NCBI GenBank assembly: GCA_046292385.1 | Contig: JBKBRF010000032.1 | Span: 1 to 64,000, forward strand | Direction: 5' to 3' | Length of the DNA stretch: 64,000 nt | Origin: Armatimonadota bacterium | GTDB taxonomy: Bacteria > Armatimonadota > SYMT01 | Notes under the pieces: model-generated | Seen by the model: only the letters and a program-made list of their open reading frames with translations | The model's database searches: none | What the model was told of the DNA's origin: nothing | Translations under genes and position numbers: made by a program | Part shown: piece after piece, positions 56,538 through 64,000 of the stretch | How the letters are laid out: each line of letters starts with the position of its first letter | How positions within the stretch are numbered: position 1 is the stretch's first letter

Positions 56538-59345
56538 ATGAACTACCGCGAGACCCTGAACCTGCCCAAAGACACGCTGAACATCCGCGCGAACCTGCCG
56601 CAGCGTGAGCCCGAGCTCCAGCGCTTCTGGGACGAGACCCAGATCTACCGCAAGTCGGTGGAGCGTGAGGCGCCGAAAGGCACGTTCATCCTCCATGACG
56701 GACCACCGTACTCCAACGGCGACATCCACATGGGCCACGCCATCAACAAGATTCTGAAGGACGTCATCACCCGGCACCGCACGATGCAGGGCTACTATTC
56801 GCCCTACGTGCCCGGGTGGGACAACCACGGCATGCCGATCGAGTACGCCGTCTCGCAGGCCGCGCGGGAGAAGGGCGAGACGCCCAGCCGCGTGGAGCTG
56901 CGGCGCCGCTGCCGCGAGTATGCCGCGGGGTGGATCGATATCCAGCGGGAGCAGTTCAAGCGCCTGGGCGTGCGCGGCGACTGGGAGAATCCGTACCTCA
57001 CGATGTCGCACGAGTTCGAGGCGCGCATCGTGGAGGTCTTCGCGCAGCTCGCGCTCGAGGGCTACGTCTACCGCGGTCTGAAGCCGATCCTCTGGTGCCC
57101 GTACGACGAGACGGCGCTGGCGGAGGCGGAGGTGGAGTACGACGAGAAGACCTCGCCCTCCATCTACGTGCGCTTCCCGCTGCTGCAGGACCCGAACCAG
57201 CTGCTCCCCGCCGGGGCGCAGAGTTACACGATCATCTGGACCACCACGCCGTGGACCATCCCCGCGAACCTGGCGGTGGCGTTCCATCCGGAGCTGGAGT
57301 ACGTCGTCGCTCGCGTCGGGGACGCCCAGTACTTGGTGGCGCAGGGGCTGCTCGAGTCGACGATGGAATCGGTGGGTGTGGGCGACTACGAGATCGTGGC
57401 GCGCTACCCGGGGCGGGACCTGCAGGGCATGCAGTTCCGGCACCCGCTCCACGCGCTCGACCCGGTCTTCGACCGCCCGGCGCCGGTGGTGCTGGCCGAC
57501 TACGTCACGCTCGACGCCGGGACCGGCGTGGTGCATACCGCCCCGGGCCACGGCGAAGAGGACTTCGCCACCGGCCGGAAGTACGGGCTGGAGATCCTCT
57601 CTCCCGTCGACGCGCAGGGCCGCTACACGGCGGAAGCCGGACCGTTCCAGGGCAAGGCGATCCGCCCCGGCGAGGCCGACGCGGCGGTGCTGACGGCGCT
57701 GCACGAGAGCGGCAACCTGCTCAAGCGGGCGCCCTACAAGCACAACTACCCGCACTGCTGGCGCTGTCACGGACCGCTGATCTTCCGGACGACGGTGCAG
57801 TGGTTCATGGCGATCGACCACCAGCTCCAAGGCGGCAAGACGCTGCGCGACCGGATGCTCCAGCAGATCGGTCAGGTGAGCTGGGTTCCGGCGGAGAGCG
57901 TGAACCGTATCCAGGCGATGGCGGGCGGTCGGCCGGACTGGTGCCTCTCCCGGCAGCGCGCCTGGGGGGTCGGCATCCCGGTCTTCTACTGTGACGCCTG
58001 TACCGAGCCGATCCTGTCGCGGGAAAGCCTCGACGCGGCGATCAAGCTGGTGCGAGAGCAGAGCGCGGACGCCTGGTTCAGCGAGCCGGCGGAGAAGATC
58101 CTGCCGGAGGGCTTCCGCTGCCCGCACTGCCAGTCGGCGGGCCCGTTCAGCAAGGAGACCGACGTCCTCGACGTCTGGTTCGACTCCGGCTCCACCTGGT
58201 CGGCGGTCCTGGAAGCGCGGCCGGAGCTGCGGTTCCCCGCCGAGCTGTACGTGGAGGGGTCGGACCAGCACCGCGGGTGGTTCAACAGCTCGCTCACCAT
58301 CGCCACGGCGGCCCGCGGCACCGCTCCTTACAAGGGAGTGGTGACGCACGGCTTCGTGCTGGACCCGAACGGGCAGAAGATGTCCAAGAGCCTGGGGAAC
58401 GTCGTCTCGCCGCTGGACGAGATGCAGACCTCCGGCGCGGATATCCTGCGCCTCTGGGTGGCGAGCGTCGACTACTTCGACGACGTTCGCATCGGTAAGG
58501 AGATCCTGGACCACGTCCGGAGCGTCTTCCTGCGGATCCGGAACACCCTGCGGTTCCTCGTGGGCAACCTGTCCGACTTCGACCCGTCCCGCGACTGGGT
58601 GGAAGAGGCAGACCGCGAAGAACTGGACCGCTGGGCGCTCCACCGGCTCCACCAGGTGCTCGCGGAGTGCAACGACGCGTACGAGCGGTACGTCTACCAC
58701 GACGTCTTCCACCAGGTGCAGAACTTCTGCTCCGTCGACCTGGGAGGCTTCTACCTGGACGTGCTGAAGGACCGGCTCTACTGCTCGCCGGCGGACAGCC
58801 AACTGCGGCGCAGCGCGCAGAGTACGCTCTACCAGATCGCGGACCACCTGGTGCGGCTCCTCGCGCCGATCATGGTCCACGTCTCGGAAGAGGTGTGGCA
58901 GGTGCTGCCGGGAGCGAGGGAGCGGCACGAGAGCGTGCACCTGGCCCGCTTCCCGGACGCGCACGGCCTCTGGCGGGACGACGCGCTCGGTGCCCGCTGG
59001 GCGCGCCTGCGCGAGGTGCGGTCCCGCGTGAATGCCGCCATCGAGCCGCTCAAGCCGAAGCAAAAGAACGATCCGAACTTCGTGCTGAAGAGCAGCCTGG
59101 AGGCGGTCGTTACGCTCACCGCCGGTCCGGACTGGCAGGAGCTGCTCCAGCAGTACGCGGCGGAGCTTCCGACGGTGCTGATGGTGCCGGTCGTGCACCT
59201 GGAGAGCCGGGACGAAGCCGGCCTCGACGTGCGCGTGGACAAGGCACCCGGTCCGCGGTGCGAGCGCTGCTGGCTGGTCTTTCCCAGCGTCGGCTCCGTG
59301 CCGGAGCATCCGGACCTCTGCCAGCGCTGCGCGGAGGCGATCTGA
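56538..59345 (+). CDS. ileS: Isoleucine--tRNA ligase (type 1)
   Basis: HDGPPY...HMGH, WTTTPWT, EGSDQHRGWF, KMSKS and a C-terminal CERC...CQRC zinc finger. Confidence 0.98.
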   Translation: MNYRETLNLPKDTLNIRANLPQREPELQRFWDETQIYRKSVEREAPKGTFILHDGPPYSNGDIHMGHAINKILKDVITRHRTMQGYYSPYVPGWDNHGMPIEYAVSQAAREKGETPSRVELRRRCREYAAGWIDIQREQFKRLGVRGDWENPYLTMSHEFEARIVEVFAQLALEGYVYRGLKPILWCPYDETALAEAEVEYDEKTSPSIYVRFPLLQDPNQLLPAGAQSYTIIWTTTPWTIPANLAVAFHPELEYVVARVGDAQYLVAQGLLESTMESVGVGDYEIVARYPGRDLQGMQFRHPLHALDPVFDRPAPVVLADYVTLDAGTGVVHTAPGHGEEDFATGRKYGLEILSPVDAQGRYTAEAGPFQGKAIRPGEADAAVLTALHESGNLLKRAPYKHNYPHCWRCHGPLIFRTTVQWFMAIDHQLQGGKTLRDRMLQQIGQVSWVPAESVNRIQAMAGGRPDWCLSRQRAWGVGIPVFYCDACTEPILSRESLDAAIKLVREQSADAWFSEPAEKILPEGFRCPHCQSAGPFSKETDVLDVWFDSGSTWSAVLEARPELRFPAELYVEGSDQHRGWFNSSLTIATAARGTAPYKGVVTHGFVLDPNGQKMSKSLGNVVSPLDEMQTSGADILRLWVASVDYFDDVRIGKEILDHVRSVFLRIRNTLRFLVGNLSDFDPSRDWVEEADREELDRWALHRLHQVLAECNDAYERYVYHDVFHQVQNFCSVDLGGFYLDVLKDRLYCSPADSQLRRSAQSTLYQIADHLVRLLAPIMVHVSEEVWQVLPGARERHESVHLARFPDAHGLWRDDALGARWARLREVRSRVNAAIEPLKPKQKNDPNFVLKSSLEAVVTLTAGPDWQELLQQYAAELPTVLMVPVVHLESRDEAGLDVRVDKAPGPRCERCWLVFPSVGSVPEHPDLCQRCAEAI

Positions 59346-59352
59346 TCCCGGT

Positions 59353-59427
59353 GTTAGCAGGTAGCAGGTTGTCAGGTTGTCAGGTTAGGCCACCCGCATA
59401 CGGGAGCTAACCTGCAACCTGCTACCT
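59353..59427. repeat. Inverted tandem (GCAGGTT)n element, copy A
   Basis: GTTAGCAGGTAGCAGGTTGTCAGG... faces ...CTAACCTGCAACCTGCTACC. Confidence 0.75.
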
Positions 59428-59452
59428 CACGGATCCGTGTCGGGGTCCGGGA

Positions 59453-59559
59453 GTCGCCAGCGAGCAAGAGTAAGAGCAGGAGCAGGACCTCCCGTGCACG
59501 GGGGGCCCACTTTAGCCTTCTGCCTTTAGCCTTTTGCCTTTAAAGGCCTTCTGCCTTTG
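59453..59559. repeat. Hexamer (GAGCAR)n plus heptamer (CTTTAGC/CTTCTGC)n element
   Basis: Shares the flanks GTCGCCAGCGAGCA and GAGCAGGACCT with 24231-24274. Confidence 0.75.
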
Positions 59560-59780
59560 CGATCCCACTCTCCGCTCTTCCCCTCGCGAGGCGCGGCGCG
59601 TAGCGCTGTGTCCCTGCGGGTATACAGAAACCGGAAGCGGGCAGGCGGAGCTTGCACTGCTTTCCCGGCGGCCCGGTGGCAGGAGACGGGGAGCGCTGAC
59701 CGTGGTCGCGCCCCCGTCTCTGTTTACGCCGCCCGGAAAGGCGACCGGACCTGTGAACGGACGTAAAGGGGGAGGAAGAG

Positions 59781-60179
59781 ATGCCAGCGATGCCTGCGAA
59801 TGCGAGGACCGACCTGGACCTGGGGAAGTTCCGCCGCCAGCTCGAAGAGGAGCGGAAGCGCCTGGTGTATGAAGTCGAGTCGCTCGACGAGAACGTGGAG
59901 CACCAGCACGGGCAGTTTGAGGGCGCCGAGCTTTCTCACTACGACCAGCACCAGGCCGACGCCGGGACGGAGACGTTCCTGGAGGAGCGAGACCTCTCCA
60001 TGGAAGCGAACGCCCGGACCCTGCTGGAGAGCGTCGACAACGCGATGGCCCGCCTGGAGAAGGGCACCTTCGGGCTCTGCTCCCGCTGCGAGAAGCCGAT
60101 CGCGGCCGAGCGCCTGGAAGCGCTCCCCTGGACGCCCTACTGCATCGAGTGCGCCTCCGACGTGGAGATGCGCATCTAA
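59781..60179 (+). CDS. TraR/DksA C4-type zinc finger protein (YteA-like)
   Basis: 'ELSHYDQHQADAGTETF', 'GTFGLCSRCEKPI..ERLEALP...CIEC' and a strong RBS. Confidence 0.9.
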   Translation: MPAMPANARTDLDLGKFRRQLEEERKRLVYEVESLDENVEHQHGQFEGAELSHYDQHQADAGTETFLEERDLSMEANARTLLESVDNAMARLEKGTFGLCSRCEKPIAAERLEALPWTPYCIECASDVEMRI

Positions 60180-60187
60180 ACCTTTCG

Positions 60188-60283
60188 GGTTAGCAGGTCG
60201 GCAGGTTTACAGATTGCAGGTTTCCGGCCCACCGCGCGCCCGGACTAACTTGCAACCTGAAACTTGCCAACCTGCAACTGCTA
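60188..60283. repeat. Inverted tandem (GCAGGTT)n element, copy B
   Basis: Same architecture as 59353-59427 with a related spacer (GGCCCACCGC...CGGACTAAC). Confidence 0.75.
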
Positions 60284-60880
60284 TTTGACCCGGCAGGCGG
60301 GGCAGACATCGGCGGCGCTGCGGTGGGCGGCTCCACAGGTGGTGCAGGCCTTGGCGCCGTGTTCCAGGTGCCACTGGCGGATCTGAGCCTCGCGGGTAAG
60401 GGCGCGGCGGATCGCCTGGGCCAGTTCCGGGTCTTCCGTGTCTTCCGCGGCGGCGCGGATGCGGGCGTTCTCCGTTTCCGAGAGCTGGATACGCCGGACC
60501 TCTTCCGTCGGAGGCCGCATCGTCGCGTGCGGGTCGGCGACACCTCGGACGGCTCCGACCACGAACCGCAGGTCCTTCACCAGCTCCTTCCCGAGCCGCT
60601 CTCGCAGCTTGCGCAGGATGAAGCTCTTCTGGAACGCGAACTCCTGGCTCCAGGCGCTGTTTCGGACGGTGACCACCAGCGCGCCTCCCTGGATCTTGCG
60701 CGCCTCGCTCGCCTTCGCCATCTGCTCGCCGACGATCTCCGGCCAGAGCATCAGCGCCTTTGCTTCGAGCGCGGCGTCTTCCAGCTCCAGGCGCCGGAGG
60801 GTGCCGGAGAGCACCTCCGCCAGCGGGTTCATTCCCGATCGTCCGGATCGGCGCATCCACTCACCTCTACCTGGTCTCAC
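60281..60880 (-). CDS. DUF721/DciA family protein with C-terminal Zn ribbon
   Basis: 'W.EIVG..MA...L.V.V.NSAW.QE...K..I' and CTTC...CPAC. Start codon uncertain. Confidence 0.85.
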   Translation of the reverse strand: MRPGRGEWMRRSGRSGMNPLAEVLSGTLRRLELEDAALEAKALMLWPEIVGEQMAKASEARKIQGGALVVTVRNSAWSQEFAFQKSFILRKLRERLGKELVKDLRFVVGAVRGVADPHATMRPPTEEVRRIQLSETENARIRAAAEDTEDPELAQAIRRALTREAQIRQWHLEHGAKACTTCGAAHRSAADVCPACRVK

Positions 60881-60999
60881 TGCGATACACAGAGTCTACC
60901 GCGAGGCGGAGGTAGGCGGTCGCAAACGGTCGTAGCTATTCGGAGGCGAGCGGCGGCTCGCCGAATCACCGTCCGGACCGCCACTTCCGGTTTCCCTCC

Positions 61000-62535
61000 A
61001 TGCTACCGTTCGAGTCTCCGTTCGACGCTCCTCATCCCGGCGCGGCCCTGGTCGCAGCGGCGTTCTTCCTGACCGCCGGCGTGCTGGCGCGCGCCCTGCC
61101 GAAGGAGCGGCGCAGCATCCTGGCGGCCTCCGGGCTCTTCGTGGTGTCGCTGGTGGTGGGGCTCTCCGCCGGCGCACTTCACGCGCTGGGCCACCCGGGG
61201 GCTGCGCAGGCCCTGCTGAACGCCGGCATCCTGCTGGAGGGCCTCTGCGGGATCCTGCTGGTCGGGATGGCGGTGTTTCGCGTCGCGCTCCCGTCGCTGG
61301 GAGTCCAGCAGCCGCGCATTCTGCAGGACGTGGTGGTCACGGTCGCCAGCATGGTGTGGGGTCTCACCTGGCTCCGCTTGCACGGGGTCGATCTTACCTC
61401 CCTGCTCGCCACGTCGGCGGTCCTCACGGCGGTGATCGGCTTTGCGATGCAGGACACGCTCGGCAACATCCTGGGCGGAATGGCGGTGCAGCTCGACCAG
61501 TCGGTCCGGGTCGGCGACTGGGTGCGGATCGGCGACGTGGAAGGGCGAGTGGTCGAGATCCACTGGCGGCAGACCGCGCTGGAGACGCGCGATTGGGAGA
61601 CGGTGATCATCCCGAACAGCGTGCTCTCCAAGAACCAGTTCAAGATCCTCGGGCGGCGCCAGGGAGAGCCGGTCCAGCTTCGCCGGACCGTGCGCTTCTT
61701 CGTCGACTACCGGCAGTCGCCGACTCAGGTGATCGAGGTGGTGACCCAGACCCTCCGGGCTGCCAGAATCCCGGGGGTAGCGCTGGAGCCGCAGCCGGAC
61801 TGCGTCCTGACGGAGATCGTGCAGAGCGAGGCAGGCTTCGCGGTACGCTACTGGCTCACAAACCTCGCGGTCGACGAACCGACCGACTCGGAAGTCCGCA
61901 TCCGGATCTGGACCGCGCTCGATCGCGCCGGGATACCCCTTTCGATCCCGGCGCAGGCGGTCTTTCTTACGCAGGAGACCAGCGCGCGCAAGAGCCGCAA
62001 GGCCGCGGCCGCCCTCGACGAGCGCGCGGCGGCGCTGCAGTCGGTCGATCTCTTCCGCGCGCTCCAGCCGGACGAGCTAATCCGGCTCGCCGAGGGACTG
62101 GAGCGCGCGCCCTTCGCCGCGGGCGAGCGGTTGATGCGCCAGGGTGAGGAGGCGGACTGCCTGTACCTGATCCTGTCGGGCCAGGTGGAGGTGCTGGTGG
62201 AGGACGGCAGCGGTCACTCCACGCCGGTGGCAGAGCTCGGCCCCGGAAGCTTCCTGGGAGAGATGGGGCTGATCACCGGCGAGCCCCGGAGCGCCACCGC
62301 CCTCGCGCTGACGCGCGTCTCCGCGCTGCGGCTCGGCCACCGCGCTTTCGAGGAGCTGCTGCAGTCTCGACCGGAAGTCGCAGAGGAGGTGGCGACGGCG
62401 CTCGCAGTGCGGAAGGTCGGGCTCGCCGAGGCGCGCGAGCAGCTGAGCCGCGAAGCGCGCCGCCGGGCGGTCGAGAGCACGCGCGGGGATCTGCTCCGCA
62501 GCATGCGCGCCTTCTTCAACCTGGACCGGCCGTAG
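61000..62535 (+). CDS. MscS-family mechanosensitive channel with C-terminal cNMP-binding domain
   Basis: 'IGFAMQDTLGN..GG...VGDWV...G.V.EI.WR.T...IPN', followed by 'GEMGLITGEPRSATA'. Confidence 0.92.
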   Translation: MLPFESPFDAPHPGAALVAAAFFLTAGVLARALPKERRSILAASGLFVVSLVVGLSAGALHALGHPGAAQALLNAGILLEGLCGILLVGMAVFRVALPSLGVQQPRILQDVVVTVASMVWGLTWLRLHGVDLTSLLATSAVLTAVIGFAMQDTLGNILGGMAVQLDQSVRVGDWVRIGDVEGRVVEIHWRQTALETRDWETVIIPNSVLSKNQFKILGRRQGEPVQLRRTVRFFVDYRQSPTQVIEVVTQTLRAARIPGVALEPQPDCVLTEIVQSEAGFAVRYWLTNLAVDEPTDSEVRIRIWTALDRAGIPLSIPAQAVFLTQETSARKSRKAAAALDERAAALQSVDLFRALQPDELIRLAEGLERAPFAAGERLMRQGEEADCLYLILSGQVEVLVEDGSGHSTPVAELGPGSFLGEMGLITGEPRSATALALTRVSALRLGHRAFEELLQSRPEVAEEVATALAVRKVGLAEAREQLSREARRRAVESTRGDLLRSMRAFFNLDRP

Positions 62536-62542
62536 CCGCGGG

Positions 62543-63715
62543 CTACGCGGGCGACTGCTCGGGGGCCGCCGGCTCCCGGTCGAAGAGCACCCGCGTGAGG
62601 AGGAGCTGGTAGACGCCCATCAGGCACTTGCTGCCGTCGTGCGGGAACGACTCCGACTCCGCGATGCGCCAGCGGTTCGGATCGAGCGCCTCCTGCAGCT
62701 CGATCGCCAGTGTCCGCGCCTGCCGTTCATCCTCCGCCAGCACCACGAACGGCCGGAAGTAGGACTGGCTGCCGCACTCCACTTCCATCAGGATGCGGTA
62801 GGCGCGGCATGGTGCCTCTATCCCTCGCAGCTCCCGCAGAGTCGCGAGGGCGCGATCGACGGCCTGGTCGGAGGGCGGCCCGGCGATCCGCAGCGTCTCC
62901 AGCGCCAGCTCCCGGGCGGCTTCGGGCGCGCCTGCGCGGCGAGCGATCTCCGCCCGGAGCGCCAGTACCAGACGGCCGGTCTCCGGCAGCGCCGCCAGCT
63001 CGTCGATCTGCCGCTCAGCGCTGCGGGTGTCGCCGCGGTCGAGTGCCAGCCCCAGCCGGAACTGCCGGTAGAGCACCGAGCGCGGGTCGAGGCAGACGGC
63101 ACGGTTGGCCAGGCGGTCGGCGGCGTCCACGTCTCCCCCGCGCGCGGAGAGCAGTGCCCAGCGGTAGAAGACCCGCGCGTCGTCCGGAGAGAGCAGGCAG
63201 GCGCGCTCGTAAGCGCGGTCCGCCGCTTCCAGGTCGCCGCGCTCGGCCTCCGCGTCTCCCAGGGCAATCAGGATCTGGGTATCGGTGACGGCGCGCTCCT
63301 CCATCTCGAGCGCTTTGCGGTAGTGGGAGACCGCCTCGTCGAAATCGCCCACGTCGAAGCAGCACTGCCCCAGCCGGTAGGCGATCAGCCGCTCCCGCGG
63401 GGCTCGCCGCGCCGCTTCGCGAAGCCACCGGCACGCCTCGGCCAGCTCGCCGGCGCGATGCAGCGCGGCGCCCCAGTTGTAGCGGCTGCGCCAGCCGTTG
63501 CGGTCCAGCCGCATCGCGCGGGCGGAGCACTCGCCCGCGCGCTCCAGGTCGCCGTCCGCCTCGTGGCAGCCGGCCAGACCGTCCCAGGCGGGGGCGAACC
63601 GGGGATCGTCCAGCAAGATCAGCTCGAAGAGGCGGCGCGCGCGCTCGGTGTCGCCGCGCTCCAGCGCCGCCACCGCTGTCAGATACTGGTGCTCCGGTCC
63701 CTCTGCATCCAACAT
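62543..63715 (-). CDS. Tetratricopeptide repeat protein
   Basis: Multiple TPR-like repeats ('AW..LA.C....GD...A...') and a non-TPR C-terminal domain. Confidence 0.85.
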   Translation of the reverse strand: MLDAEGPEHQYLTAVAALERGDTERARRLFELILLDDPRFAPAWDGLAGCHEADGDLERAGECSARAMRLDRNGWRSRYNWGAALHRAGELAEACRWLREAARRAPRERLIAYRLGQCCFDVGDFDEAVSHYRKALEMEERAVTDTQILIALGDAEAERGDLEAADRAYERACLLSPDDARVFYRWALLSARGGDVDAADRLANRAVCLDPRSVLYRQFRLGLALDRGDTRSAERQIDELAALPETGRLVLALRAEIARRAGAPEAARELALETLRIAGPPSDQAVDRALATLRELRGIEAPCRAYRILMEVECGSQSYFRPFVVLAEDERQARTLAIELQEALDPNRWRIAESESFPHDGSKCLMGVYQLLLTRVLFDREPAAPEQSPA

Positions 63716-63841
63716 CCCGTTCTCCCCGTTACAAGCTGTCAGCTGGAAGATGGAAGAAGAGGGACGCCATTCGCCGTTCCGTCCGCCTCTTCTCCGGTGT
63801 TCCCGAACCTGCACGCCGCTACACAGGGATTGCTCGACGGC

Positions 63842-64000
63842 TCAGACCGCTCCCGCGATGGCGACCGCGAAGCAGTCCGGATCGAGGTAGCGGACCGCGG
63901 CCTGCCGCAGCGACTCCCGCGTCTCCCGCCGGATCAGCTCCGGATAGCGCCAGAGGTAGTCGAGTCCGAGCCCGTAGTACTCCGTGTTGAGCATGTAAGC
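63842..64000 (-). CDS. 3' end of an M16 (pitrilysin) family peptidase, partial
   Basis: Minus-strand translation AYMLNTEYYGLGLDYLWRYPELIRRETRESLRQAAVRYLDPDCFAVAIAGAV* resembles M16 C-termini. Confidence 0.7.
   Translation of the reverse strand, partial: AYMLNTEYYGLGLDYLWRYPELIRRETRESLRQAAVRYLDPDCFAVAIAGAV

Noticed and set aside
12491..64000. Six peptidases (CPBP, M32, M48, S41, M3, M16) as one proteolytic system or RiPP cluster
   Set aside because: They are scattered in different operons and orientations among housekeeping genes. There is no precursor peptide, and the radical SAM protein has no SPASM-type Cys motif.

Overview
A high-GC bacterial chromosome segment, probably Armatimonadota (inferred from pilin-like proteins carrying the 'MYAQDYDETLP'-type DUF1559 motif). 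It holds about 48 genes. Housekeeping genes include dinG, dedA-panB-panC-nadC, pgeF, a moaD-moaE fusion, uvrA, gabD, purD, purB, ileS, a DksA/TraR-type zinc finger and a DciA-like protein. There are also six peptidases, a kinase/regulator/ECF sigma/anti-sigma cluster, a YtrA-type GntR/ABC operon with its operator, and a two-gene molybdopterin oxidoreductase with no membrane anchor. I saw no tRNA, rRNA, CRISPR array, integrase or transposase. The most striking signal is non-coding. A 560-580 bp element occurs three times (5980-6558, 9913-10470, 38823-39404). Each copy is a long interrupted inverted repeat of conserved pairing blocks and variable spacers, and arm variants appear to be swapped between copies. 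At least six other palindromic or short-tandem repeat families occupy many of the larger intergenic gaps, one pair bracketing the oxidoreductase genes. All protein family calls come from motif recognition by eye, not database searches.
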